DNA of 64,000 nucleotides, taken from positions 60,078,001 through 60,142,000 of the forward strand of contig OZ024745.1 in NCBI GenBank assembly GCA_964016885.1. Reading direction: 5' to 3'. Under the pieces are notes generated by a model. It saw only the letters and a program-made list of their open reading frames with translations, was not told the origin of the DNA and ran no database searches. Shown piece by piece: positions 51,922 to 64,000 of the stretch. The stretch is from Eledone cirrhosa. Lineage: Eukaryota. A program made the position numbers and the translations under genes. Positions within the stretch are counted from its first letter, which is position 1, and each line of letters starts with the position of its first letter.

Positions 51922-53935
51922 GACTTGGAGTGAAAACCTCGACTTGGAGTGAGAACCTCGACTTGGAGTGAGAACCTCGACTTGGAGTGAAAACCTCGAC
52001 TTGGAGTGAGAACCTCGACTTGGAGTGAAAACCTCGACTTGGAGTGAAAACCTCGACTTGGAGTGAGAACCTCGACTTGGAGTGAGAACCTCGACTTGGA
52101 GTGAGAACCTCGACTTGGAGTGAAAACCTCGACTTGGAGTGAGAACCTCGACTTGGAGTGAGAACCTCGACTTGGAGTGAGAACCTCGACTTGGAGTGAG
52201 AACCTCGACTTGGAGTGAGAACCTCGACTTGGAGTGAGAACCTCGACTTGGAGTGAAAACCTCGACTTGGAGTGAAAACCTCGACTTGGAGTGAAAACCT
52301 CGACTTGGAGTGAGAACCTCGACTTGGAGTGAAAACCTCGACTTGGAGTGAGAACCTCGACTTGGAGTGAGAACCTCGACTTGGAGTGAGAACCTCGACT
52401 TGGAGTGAGAACCTCGACTTGGAGTGAAAACCTCGACTTGGAGTGAGAACCTCGACTTGGAGTGAGAACCTCGACTTGGAGTGAGAACGTCGACTTGGAG
52501 TGAGAACGTCGACTTGGAGTGAGAACCTCGACTTGGAGTGAAAACCTCGACTTGGAGTGAAAACCTCGACTTGGAGTGAGAACCTCGACTTGGAGTGAGA
52601 ACCTCGACTTGGAGTGAAAACCTCGACTTGGAGTGAGAACCTCGACTTGGAGTGAGAACCTCGACTTGGAGTGAAAACCTCGACTTGGAGTGAGAACCTC
52701 GACTTGGAGTGAGAACCTCGACTTGGAGTGAGAACCTCGACTTGGAGTGAAAACCTCGACTTGGAGTGAAAACTTCGACTTGGAGTGAGAACCTCGACTT
52801 GGAGTGAGAACCTCGACTTGGAGTGAGAACCTCGACTTGGAGTGAAAACCTCGACTTGGTGCGAGAACCTCGACTTGGAGTTAAAACCTCGACTTGGAGT
52901 GAGAACCTCGACTTGGAGTGAAAACCTCGACTTGGAGTGAGAACCTCGACTTGGAGTGAGAACCTGGACTTGGAGTGGAAACCTCGACTTGGAGTGAAAA
53001 CCTCGACTTGGAGTCAGAACCTCGACTTTGAGTGAAAACCTCGACTTGGGGTGAGAACCTCGACTTGGAGTGAAAACCTCGACTTGGAGTGAGAACCTCG
53101 ACTTGGAGTGAAAACCTCGACTTGGAGTGAAAACCTCGACTTGGAGTGAGAACCTCGACTTGGAGTGGAAACCTCGACTTGTAGTGAAAACCTCGACTTG
53201 GAGTGAAAACCTCGACTTGGAGTGAAAACCTCGACTTTGAGTGAGAACCTCGACTTGGAGTGAGAACCTCGACTTGGAGTGAAAACCTCGACTTGGAGTG
53301 AGAACCTCGACTTGGAGTGAGAACCTCGACTTGGAGTGAGAACCTCGACTTGGAGTGAGAACCTCGACTTGGAGTGAAAACCTCGACTTGGAGTGAGAAC
53401 CTCGACTTGGAGTGAAAACCTCGACTTGGAGTGAAAACCTCGACTTGGAGTGAAAACCTCGACTTGGAGTGAGAACCTCGACTTGGAGTGAGAACCTCGA
53501 CTTGGAGTGACAACCTCGACTTGGAGTGAAAACCTCGACTTGGAGTGAGAACCTCGACTTGGAGTGAGAACCACGACTTGGAGTGAAAACCTCGACTTGG
53601 AGTGAGAACCTCGACTTGGAGTGAAAACCTCGACTCGGAGGGAAAACCTCGACTTGGAGTGAGAACCTCGACTTGGAGTGAGAACCTCGACTTGGAGTGA
53701 GAACCTCGACTTGGAGTGAGAACCTCGACTTGGAGTGAAAACCTCGACTTGGAGTGAAAACCTCGACTTGGAGTGAAAACCTCGACTTGGAGTGAGAACC
53801 TCGACTTGGAGTGAGAACCTCGACTTGGAGTGAAAACCTCGACTTGGAGTGAGAACCTCTACTTGGAGTGAAAACCTCGACTTGAAGTGTAAACTGCGAC
53901 TTGGAGTGAGAACCTCGACTTGGAGTGAAAACCTC

Positions 53936-54391
53936 GACTTGGAGTGTAAACTGCGACTTGGAGTGTAAACTGCGACTTGCAGTGTAATGTACAACTTGGA
54001 GCATAATGTACAACTTGGAGCATAATGTACGACTTGGAGCATAATGTACGACTTAGAGTGTAATGTAGGACTTAGAGTGTAATGTAGGACTTAGAGTGTA
54101 ATGTAGGACTTAGAGTGTAATGTAGGACTTAGAGTGTAATGTAGGACTTGGAGCATAATGTAGGACTAGGAGCATAATGTACGACTTGGAGTGTAATGTA
54201 GGACTTGGAGTGTAATGTAGGACTTGGAGTGTAAACTGCGAGTTGAAATATAAATTGCGACTTGGATTGTAAACCTTGACTTGCAGTGTATTGAACAACT
54301 TGGGGTGTATACTGCGGCTTGGAGTGTAAACTGCGGCTCCGAATATAAACTACGACTTGCAGTGTCATATATGACTCTGAGTGAAAACCTC
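53936..54391. repeat. Cassette 23 (cassette-6 type)
   Basis: Offset 130 monomers; followed by GACTTGGGGTGAAAACCTC, as cassette 6 is. Confidence 0.95.
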
Positions 54392-56783
54392 GACTTGGGG
54401 TGAAAACCTCGACTTGGAGTGAGAACCTCGACTTGGAGTGAGAACCTCGACTTGGAGTGAAAACCTCGACTTGGAGTGAGAACCTCGACTTGGAGTGAAA
54501 ACCTCGACTTGGAGTGAAAACCTCGACTTGGAGTGAGAACCTCGACTTGGAGTGAGAACCTCGACTTGGAGTGAAAACCTCGACTTGGAGTGAAAACCTC
54601 GACTTGGAGTGAAAACCTCGACTTGGAGTGAAAACCTCGACTTGGAGTGAAAACCTCGACTTGGAGTGAGAACCTCGATTTGGAGTGAGAACCTCGACTT
54701 GGAGTGAGAACCTCGACTTGGAGTGAGAACCTCGATTTGGAGTGAGAACCTCGATTTGGAGTGAGAACCTCGATTTGGAGTGAGAACCTCGATTTGGAGT
54801 GAGAACCTCGATTTGGAGTGAGAACCTCGACTTGGAGTGAAAACCTCGACTTGGAGTGAGAACCTCGACTTGGAGTGAAACCTCGACTTGGAGTGAAAAC
54901 CTCGACTTGGAGTGAAAACCTCGACTTGGAGTGAAAACCTCGACTTGGAGTGAAAACCTCGACTTGGAGTGAGAACCTCGACTTGGAGTGAAAACCTCGA
55001 CTTGGAGTGAGAACCTCGACTTGGAGTGAAAACCTCGACTTGGAGTGAGAACCTCGACTTGGAGTGAAAACCTCGACTTGGAGTGAGAACCTCGACTTGG
55101 AGTGAAAACCTCGACTTGGAGTGAAAACCTCGACTTGGAGTGAAAACCTCGACTTGGAGTGAGAACCTCGACTTGGAGTGAGAACCTCGACTTGGAGTGA
55201 GAACCTCGATTTGGAGTGAGAACCTCGACTTGGAGTGAGAACCTCGACTTGGAGTGAGAACCTCGACTTGGAGTGAGAACCTCGACTTGGAGTGAGAACC
55301 TCGACTTGGAGTGAAAACCTCGACTTGGAGTGAGAACCTCGACTTGGAGTGAAAACCTCGACTTGGAGTGAGAACCTCGACTTGGAGTGAAAACCTCGAC
55401 TTGGAGTGAGAACCTCGACTTGGAGTGAAAACCTCGACTTGGAGTGAGAACCTCGATTTGGAGTGAGAACCTCGATTTGGAGTGAGAACCTCGACTTGGA
55501 GTGAAAACCTCGACTTGGAGTGAGAACCTCGACTTGGAGTGAAACCTCGACTTGGAGTGAAAACCTCAACTTGGAGTGAAAACCTCGACTTGGAGTGAAA
55601 ACCTCGACTTGGAGTGAAAACCTCGACTTGGAGTGAGAACCTCGACTTGGAGTGAAAACCTCGACTTGGAGTGAGAACCTCGACTTGGAGTGAAAACCTC
55701 GACTTGGAGTGAGAACCTCGACTTGGAGTGAAAACCTCGACTTGGAGTGAGAACCTCGACTTGGAGTGAAAACCTCGACTTGGAGTGAAAACCTCGACTT
55801 GGAGTGAAAACCTCGACTTGGAGTGAGAACCTCGACTTGGAGTGAGAACCTCGACTTGGAGTGAGAACCTCGATTTGGAGTGAGAACCTCGACTTGGAGT
55901 GAGAACCTCGACTTGGAGTGAGAACCTCGACTTGGAGTGAGAACCTCGACTTGGAGTGAGAACCTCGACTTGGAGTGAAAACCTCGACTTGGAGTGAGAA
56001 CCTCGACTTGGAGTGAAAACCTCGACTTGGAGTGAGAACCTCGACTTGGAGTGAAAACCTCGACTTGGAGTGAGAACCTCGACTTGGAGTGAGAACCTCG
56101 ACTTGGAGTGAAAACCTCGACTTGGAGTGAGAACCTCGACTTGGAGTGAGAACCTCGACTTGGAGTGAGAACCTCGACTTGGAGTGAAAACCTCGACTTG
56201 GAGTGAAAACCTCGACTTGGAGTGAAAACCTCGACTTGGAGTGAGAACCTCGACTTGGAGTGAAAACCTCGACTTGGAGTGAGAACCTCGACTTGGAGTG
56301 AAAACCTCGACTTGGAGTGAGAACCTCGACTTGGAGTGAAAACCTCGACTTGGAGTGAGAACCTCGACTTGGAGTGAAAACCTCGACTTGGAGTGAGAAC
56401 CTCGACTTGGAGTGAAAACCTCGACTTGGAGTGAGAACCTCGACTTGGAGTGAGAACCTCGACTTGGAGTGAAAACCTCGACTTGGAGTGAAAACCTCGA
56501 CTTGGAGTGAAAACCTCGACTTGGAGTGAAAACCTCGACTTGGAGTGAGAACCTCGACTTGGAGTGTAAACCTCGACTTGGAGTGTAAACCTCGACTTGG
56601 AGTGTAAACCTCGACTTGGAGTGTAAACCTCGACTTGGAGTGTAAACCTCGACTTGGAGTGAGAACCTCGACTTGGAGTGAAAACCTCGACTTGGAGTGA
56701 GAACCTCTACTTGGAGTGAAAACCTCGACTTGGAGTGTAAACTGCGACTTGGAGTGAGAACCTCGACTTGGAGTGAAAACCTC

Positions 56784-57239
56784 GACTTGGAGTGTAAACT
56801 GCGACTTGGAGTGTAAACTGCGACTTGGAGTGTAATGTACAACTTGGAGCATAATGTACAACTTGGAGCATAATGTACGACTTGGAGCATAATGTACGAC
56901 TTAGAGTGTAATGTAGGACTTAGAGTGTAATGTAGGACTTAGAGTGTAATGTAGGACTTAGAGTGTAATGTAGGACTTAGAGTGTAATGTAGGACTAGGA
57001 GCATAATGTAGGACTAGGAGCATAATGTACGACTTGGAGTGTAATGTAGGACTTGGAGTGTAATGTAGGACTTGGAGTGTAAACTGCGAGTTGAAATATA
57101 AATTGCGACTTGGATTGTAAACCTTGACTTGCAGTGTATTGAACAACTTGGGGTGTATACTGCGGCTTGGAGTGTAAACTGCGGCTCCGAATATAAACTA
57201 CGACTTGCAGTGTCATATATGACTCTGAGTGAAAACCTC
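56784..57239. repeat. Cassette 24
   Basis: Offset 150 monomers minus 2 bp. Confidence 0.95.
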
Positions 57240-58930
57240 GACTTGGAGTGAAAACCTCGACTTGGAGTGAGAACCTCGACTTGGAGTGAGAACCTCGACT
57301 TGGAGTGAAAACCTCGACTTGGAGTGAGAACCTCGACTTGGAGTGAAAACCTCGACTTGGAGTGAAAACCTCGACTTGGAGTGAGAACCTCGACTTGGAG
57401 TGAAAACCTCGACTTGGAGTGAGAACCTCGACTTGGAGTGAAAACCTCGACTTGGAGTGAAAACCTCGACTTGGAGTGAGAACCTCGACTTGGAGTGAGA
57501 ACCTCGATTTGGAGTGAAAACCTCGACTTGGAGTGAGAACCTCGACTTGGAGTGAGAACCTCGACTTGGAGTGAGAACATCGACTTGGAGTGAGAACCTC
57601 GACTTGGAGTGAGAACCTCGACTTGGAGTGAGAACCTCGACTTGGAGTGAGAACCTCGACTTGGAGTGAGAACCTCGACTTGGAGTGAGAACCTCGACTT
57701 GGAGTGAAAACCTCGACTTGGAGTGAGAACCTCGACTTGGAGTGAGAACCTCGACTTGGAGTGAGAACCTCGACTTGGAGTGAAAACTTCGACTTGGAGT
57801 GAGAACCTCGACTTGGAGTGAGAACCTCGACTTGGAGTGAGAACCTCGACTTGGAGTGGAAACCTCGACTTGGAGTGAGAACCTCGACTTGGAGTGAGAA
57901 CCTCGACTTGGAGTGAGAACCTCGACTTGGAGTGAGAACCTCGACTTGGAGTGAAAACCTCGACTTGGAGTGAGAACCTCGACTTGGAGTGAAAACCTCG
58001 ACTTGGAGTGAGAACCTCGACTTGGAGTGAAAACCTCGACTTGGAGTGAGAACCTCGACTTTGAGTGAAAACCTCGACTTGGAGAGAGAACCTCCACTTG
58101 GAGTGAGAACCTCGACTTTGAGTGAAAACCTCGACTTGGAGTGAGAACCTCGACTTTGAGTGAAAACCTCGACTTGGAGTGAGAACCTCGACTTGGAGTG
58201 AGAACCTCGACTTGGAGTGAGAACCTCGACTTGGAGTGAAAACCTCGACTTTGAGTGAGAACCTCGACTTGGAGTGAGAACCTCGACTTGGAGTGAAAAC
58301 CTCGACTTGGAGTGAGAACCTCGACTTGGAGTGAGAACCTCGACTTGGAGTGAGAACCTCGACTTGGAGTGAAAACCTCGACTTGGAGTGAGAACCTCGA
58401 CTTGGAGTGAAAACCTCGACTTGGAGTGAAAACCTCGACTTGGAGTGAAAACCTCGACTTGGAGTGAGAACCTCGACTTGGAGTGAGAACCTCGACTTGG
58501 AGTGACAACCTCGACTTGGAGTGAAAACCTCGACTTGGAGTGAGAACCTCGACTTGGAGTGAGAACCACGACTTGGAGTGAAAACCTCGACTTGGAGTGA
58601 GAACCTCGACTTGGAGTGAAAACCTCGACTTGGAGGGAAAACCTCGACTTGGAGTGAGAACCTCGACTTGGAGTGAGAACCTCGACTTGGAGTGAGAACC
58701 TCGACTTGGAGTGAGAACCTCGACTTGGAGTGAAAACCTCGACTTGGAGTGAAAACCTCGACTTGGAGTGAAAACCTCGACTTGGAGTGAGAACCTCGAC
58801 TTGGAGTGAGAACCTCGACTTGGAGTGAAAACCTCGACTTGGAGTGAGAACCTCTACTTGCAGTGAAAACCTCGACTTGAAGTGTAAACTGCGACTTGGA
58901 GTGAGAACCTCGACTTGGAGTGAAAACCTC

Positions 58931-59386
58931 GACTTGGAGTGTAAACTGCGACTTGGAGTGTAAACTGCGACTTGCAGTGTAATGTACAACTTGGAGCATA
59001 ATGTACAACTTGGAGCATAATGTACGACTTGGAGCATAATGTACGACTTAGAGTGTAATGTAGGACTTAGAGTGTAATGTAGGACTTAGAGTGTAATGTA
59101 GGACTTAGAGTGTAATGTAGGACTTAGAGTGTAATGTAGGACTTGGAGCATAATGTAGGACTAGGAGCATAATGTACGACTTGGAGTGTAATGTAGGACT
59201 TGGAGTGTAATGTAGGACTTGGAGTGTAAACTGCGAGTTGAAATATAAATTGCGACTTGGATTGTAAACCTTGACTTGCAGTGTATTGAACAACTTGGGG
59301 TGTATACTGCGGCTTGGAGTGTAAACTGCGGCTCCGAATATAAACTACGACTTGCAGTGTCATATATGACTCTGAGTGAAAACCTC
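58931..59386. repeat. Cassette 25 (cassette-6 type)
   Basis: Offset 113 monomers. Confidence 0.95.
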
Positions 59387-60697
59387 GACTTGGAGTGAAA
59401 ACCTCGACTTGGAGTGAGAACCTCGACTTGGAGTGAGAACCTCGACTTGGAGTGAGAACCTCGACTTGGAGTGAAAACCTCGACTTGGAGTGAGAACCTC
59501 GACTTGGAGTGAGAACCTCGACTTGGAGTGAGAACCTCGACTTGGAGTGAAAACTTCGACTTGGAGTGAGAACCTCGACTTGGAGTGAGAACCTCGACTT
59601 GGAGTGAGAACCTCGACTTGGAGTGGAAACCTCGACTTGGAGTGAGAACCTCGACTTGGAGTGAGAACCTCGACTTGGAGTGAGAACCTCGACTTGGAGT
59701 GAGAACCTCGACTTGGAGTGAAAACCTCGACTTGGAGTGAGAACCTCGACTTGGAGTGAAAACCTCGACTTGGAGTGAGAACCTCGACTTGGAGTGAAAA
59801 CCTCGACTTGGAGTGAGAACCTCGACTTTGAGTGAAAACCTCGACTTGGAGAGAGAACCTCCACTTGGAGTGAGAACCTCGACTTTGAGTGAAAACCTCG
59901 ACTTGGAGTGAGAACCTCGACTTTGAGTGAAAACCTCGACTTGGAGTGAGAACCTCGACTTGGAGTGAGAACCTCGACTTGGAGTGAGAACCTCGACTTG
60001 GAGTGAAAACCTCGACTTTGAGTGAGAACCTCGACTTGGAGTGAGAACCTCGACTTGGAGTGAAAACCTCGACTTGGAGTGAGAACCTCGACTTGGAGTG
60101 AGAACCTCGACTTGGAGTGAGAACCTCGACTTGGAGTGAAAACCTCGACTTGGAGTGAGAACCTCGACTTGGAGTGAAAACCTCGACTTGGAGTGAAAAC
60201 CTCGACTTGGAGTGAAAACCTCGACTTGGAGTGAGAACCTCGACTTGGAGTGAGAACCTCGACTTGGAGTGACAACCTCGACTTGGAGTGAAAACCTCGA
60301 CTTGGAGTGAGAACCTCGACTTGGAGTGAGAACCACGACTTGGAGTGAAAACCTCGACTTGGAGTGAGAACCTCGACTTGGAGTGAAAACCTCGACTTGG
60401 AGGGAAAACCTCGACTTGGAGTGAGAACCTCGACTTGGAGTGAGAACCTCGACTTGGAGTGAGAACCTCGACTTGGAGTGAGAACCTCGACTTGGAGTGA
60501 AAACCTCGACTTGGAGTGAAAACCTCGACTTGGAGTGAAAACCTCGACTTGGAGTGAGAACCTCGACTTGGAGTGAGAACCTCGACTTGGAGTGAAAACC
60601 TCGACTTGGAGTGAGAACCTCTACTTGGAGTGAAAACCTCGACTTGAAGTGTAAACTGCGACTTGGAGTGAGAACCTCGACTTGGAGTGAAAACCTC

Positions 60698-61153
60698 GAC
60701 TTGGAGTGTAAACTGCGACTTGGAGTGTAAACTGCGACTTGCAGTGTAATGTACAACTTGGAGCATAATGTACAACTTGGAGCATAATGTACGACTTGGA
60801 GCATAATGTACGACTTAGAGTGTAATGTAGGACTTAGAGTGTAATGTAGGACTTAGAGTGTAATGTAGGACTTAGAGTGTAATGTAGGACTTAGAGTGTA
60901 ATGTAGGACTTGGAGCATAATGTAGGACTAGGAGCATAATGTACGACTTGGAGTGTAATGTAGGACTTGGAGTGTAATGTAGGACTTGGAGTGTAAACTG
61001 CGAGTTGAAATATAAATTGCGACTTGGATTGTAAACCTTGACTTGCAGTGTATTGAACAACTTGGGGTGTATACTGCGGCTTGGAGTGTAAACTGCGGCT
61101 CCGAATATAAACTACGACTTGCAGTGTCATATATGACTCTGAGTGAAAACCTC
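60698..61153. repeat. Cassette 26 (cassette-6 type)
   Basis: Offset 93 monomers. Confidence 0.95.
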
Positions 61154-63585
61154 GACTTGGAGTGAAAACCTCGACTTGGAGTGAGAACCTCGACTTGGAG
61201 TGAGAACCTCGACTTGGAGTGAAAACCTCGACTTGGAGTGAGAACCTCGACTTGGAGTGAAAACCTCGACTTGGAGTGAAAACCTCGACTTGGAGTGAGA
61301 ACCTCGACTTGGAGTGAAAACCTCGACTTGGAGTGAAAACCTCGACTTGGAGTGAGAACCTCGACTTGGAGTGAGAACCTCGATTTGGAGTGAAAACCTC
61401 GACTTGGAGTGAGAACCTCGACTTGGAGTGAGAACCTCGACTTGGAGTGAGAACATCGACTTGGAGTGAGAACCTCGACTTGGAGTGAGAACCTCGACTT
61501 GGAGTGAGAACCTCGACTTGGAGTGAGAACCTCGACTTGGAGTGAGAACCTCGACTTGGAGTGAGAACCTCGACTTGGAGTGAAAACCTCGACTTGGAGT
61601 GAGAACCTCGACTTGGAGTGAGAACCTCGACTTGGAGTGAGAACCTCGACTTGGAGTGAAAACTTCGACTTGGAGTGAGAACCTCGACTTGGAGTGAGAA
61701 CCTCGACTTGGAGTGAGAACCTCGACTTGGAGTGGAAACCTCGACTTGGAGTGAGAACCTCGACTTGGAGTGAGAACCTCGACTTGGAGTGAGAACCTCG
61801 ACTTGGAGTGAAAACCTCGACTTGGAGTGAGAACCTCGACTTGGAGTGAAAACCTCGACTTGGAGTGAGAACCTCGACTTGGAGTGAAAACCTCGACTTG
61901 GAGTGAGAACCTCGACTTGGAGTGAGAACCTCGACTTTGAGTGAAAACCTCGACTTGGAGAGAGAACCTCCACTTGGAGTGAGAACCTCGACTTTGAGTG
62001 AAAACCTCGACTTGGAGTGAGAACCTCGACTTTGAGTGAAAACCTCGACTTGGAGTGAGAACCTCGACTTGGAGTGAGAACCTCGACTTGGAGTGAGAAC
62101 CTCGACTTGGAGTGGAAACCTCGACTTGGAGTGAGAACCTCGACTTGGAGTGAAAACCTCGACTTGGAGTGAGAACCTCGACTTGGAGTGAAAACCTCGA
62201 CTTGGAGTGAAAACCTCGACTTGGAGTGAAAACCTCGACTTGGAGTGAGAACCTCGACTTGGAGTGAAAACCTCGACTTGGAGTGAGAACCTCGACTTGG
62301 AGTGAAAACCTCGACTTGGGGTGAGAACCTCGACTTGGAGTGAAAACCTCGACTTGGAGTGAGAACCTCGACTTGGAGTGAGAACCTCGACTTTGTGTGA
62401 AAACCTCGACTTGGAGAGAGAACCTCGACTTGGAGTGAGAACCTCGACTTTGAGTGAAAACCTCGACTTGGAGTGAGAACCTCGACTTTGAGTGAAAACC
62501 TCGACTTGGAGTGAGAACCTCGACTTGGAGTGAAAACCTCGACTTGGAGTGAAAACCTCGACTTGGAGTGAGAACCTCGACTTGGAGTGAGAACCTCGAC
62601 TTGGAGTGAAAACCTCGACTTGGAGTGAGAACCTCGACTTGGAGTGAGAACCTCGACTTGGAGTGAGAACCTCGACTTGGAGTGAGAACCTCGACTTGGA
62701 GTGAGAACCTCGACTTGGAGTGAGAACCTCGACTTGGAGTGAAAACCTCGACTAGGAGTGAGAACCTCGACTTGGAGTGAGAACCTCGACTTGGAGTGAG
62801 AACCTCGACTTGGAGTGAGAACCTCGACTTGGAGTGAGAACCTCGACTTGGAGTGAGAACCTCGACTTGGAGTGAGAACCTCGACTTGCAGTGAAAACCT
62901 CGACTTGGAGTGAGAACCTCGACTTGCAGTGAAAACCTCGACTTGGAGTGAGAACCTCGACTTGCAGTGAAAACCTCGACTTGGAGTAAGAACCTCGACT
63001 TGGAGTGAAAACCTCGACTTGGAGTGAGAACCTCGACTTGGAGTGAAAACCTCGACTTGGAGTGAAAACCTCGACTTGGAGTGAAAACCTCGACTTGGAG
63101 TGAGAACCTCGACTTGGAGTGAAAACCTCGACTTGGAGTGAAAACCTCGACTTGGAGTGAGAACCTCGACTTGGAGTGAGAACCTCGACTTGGAGTGAGA
63201 ACCTCGACTTGGAGTGTAAACTGCGACTCTGAGTGAAAACCTCGACTTGGAGTGAGAACCTCGACTTGGAGTGAAAACCTCGACTTGGAGTGAGAACCTC
63301 AACTTGGAGTCAGAACCTCGACTTGGAGTCAGAACCTCAACTTGGAGTCAGAACCTCGACTTGGAGTCAGAACCTCGACTTGGAGTCAGAACCTCGACTT
63401 GGAGTGAAAACCTCGACTTGGAGTGAAAACCTCGACTTGGAGTGAGAACCTCGACTTGGAGTGAGAACCTCGACTTGGAGTGAAAACCTCGACTTGGAGT
63501 GAGAACCTCTACTTGGAGTGAAAACCTCGACTTGGAGTGTAAACTGCGACTTGGAGTGAGAACCTCGACTTGGAGTGAAAACCTC

Positions 63586-64000
63586 GACTTGGAGTGTAAA
63601 CTGCGACTTGGAGTGTAAACTGCGACTTGGAGTGTAATGTACAACTTGGAGCATAATGTACAACTTGGAGCATAATGTACGACTTGGAGCATAATGTACG
63701 ACTTAGAGTGTAATGTAGGACTTAGAGTGTAATGTAGGACTTAGAGTGTAATGTAGGACTTAGAGTGTAATGTAGGACTTAGAGTGTAATGTAGGACTAG
63801 GAGCATAATGTAGGACTAGGAGCATAATGTACGACTTGGAGTGTAATGTAGGACTTGGAGTGTAATGTAGGACTTGGAGTGTAAACTGCGAGTTGAAATA
63901 TAAATTGCGACTTGGATTGTAAACCTTGACTTGCAGTGTATTGAACAACTTGGGGTGTATACTGCGGCTTGGAGTGTAAAATGCGGCTCCGAATATAAAC
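63586..64000. repeat. Cassette 27 (truncated by the window end)
   Basis: Offset 152 monomers. Confidence 0.93.

Larger units (their letters stand above)
38641..53935. repeat. Approx. 7.6-kb tandem segmental duplication (about 38641-46297 and 46298-53935)
   Basis: Cassettes 17/18/19 map to 20/21/22 at +7638 (402 monomers). Upstream markers map at +7657 (ORFs 38716 and 46373). Confidence 0.88.
1..64000. repeat. 19-bp tandem satellite array, consensus GACTTGGAGTGA(G/A)AACCTC, with higher-order structure; runs off both window ends
   Basis: The monomer is read directly (first full copy 15-33). Cassette spacings are exact multiples of 19 except across three 18-bp monomers. No unique sequence or inversion was seen. 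Confidence 0.99.

Noticed and set aside
537-63948. Long minus-strand ORFs (up to 1003 aa) of repeating LQVEVLTPSRGSHSKSRFS
   Set aside because: The minus-strand 19-mer has no stop codon. Because 19 is not divisible by 3, all three frames give the same 19-aa repeat and overlap each other. ORF ends are set by random variants, and there is no codon-position bias or recognisable domain.
1-64000. Canonical telomeric repeat or direct telomerase product
   Set aside because: There are no TTAGGG/TTAGG-type tracts, and variant patterns are inherited in multi-kb duplications, which indicates recombinational copying. A subtelomeric location cannot be excluded.
1-64000. Synthetic construct or pure sequencing/assembly artefact
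   Set aside because: Hierarchical, lineage-consistent variants and chimeric junctions are typical of natural satellite evolution. Individual duplications still need read-level validation.
1-64000. Assignment to a named satellite family or species
   Set aside because: I do not reliably recognise the monomer. A BLASTN, Dfam or Repbase search of the monomer and cassette is required.

Overview
The whole 64 kb is one uninterrupted head-to-tail tandem array of a 19-bp monomer, consensus GACTTGGAGTGA(G/A)AACCTC (about 3,370 copies). It looks like eukaryotic satellite DNA; I cannot identify the organism or chromosomal position. There is no credible gene, RNA gene, transposon or CRISPR array. All listed ORFs are on the minus strand and are by-products of a stop-free 19-mer. 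The array is organised at several levels. (1) The main monomer has a G/A two-state site whose order is inherited in duplications. (2) A fixed-order, polarised cassette of 24 divergent 19-mers (456 bp) occurs 27 times, 68-240 monomers apart. It ends in an imperfect 20-bp palindrome and then resets abruptly to the main monomer. (3) Twenty 38-bp junctions join a cassette-entry monomer directly to the cassette-exit monomer, resembling empty or collapsed sites. (4) Nested duplications of 664 bp, 1,767 bp, about 2.7 kb, 7.2 kb, 7.6 kb and 32 kb are present, some with breakpoints mappable to one monomer. The 19-bp register appears broken only three times. Coordinates were counted by hand and anchored on the ORF track; functional interpretations are inference.
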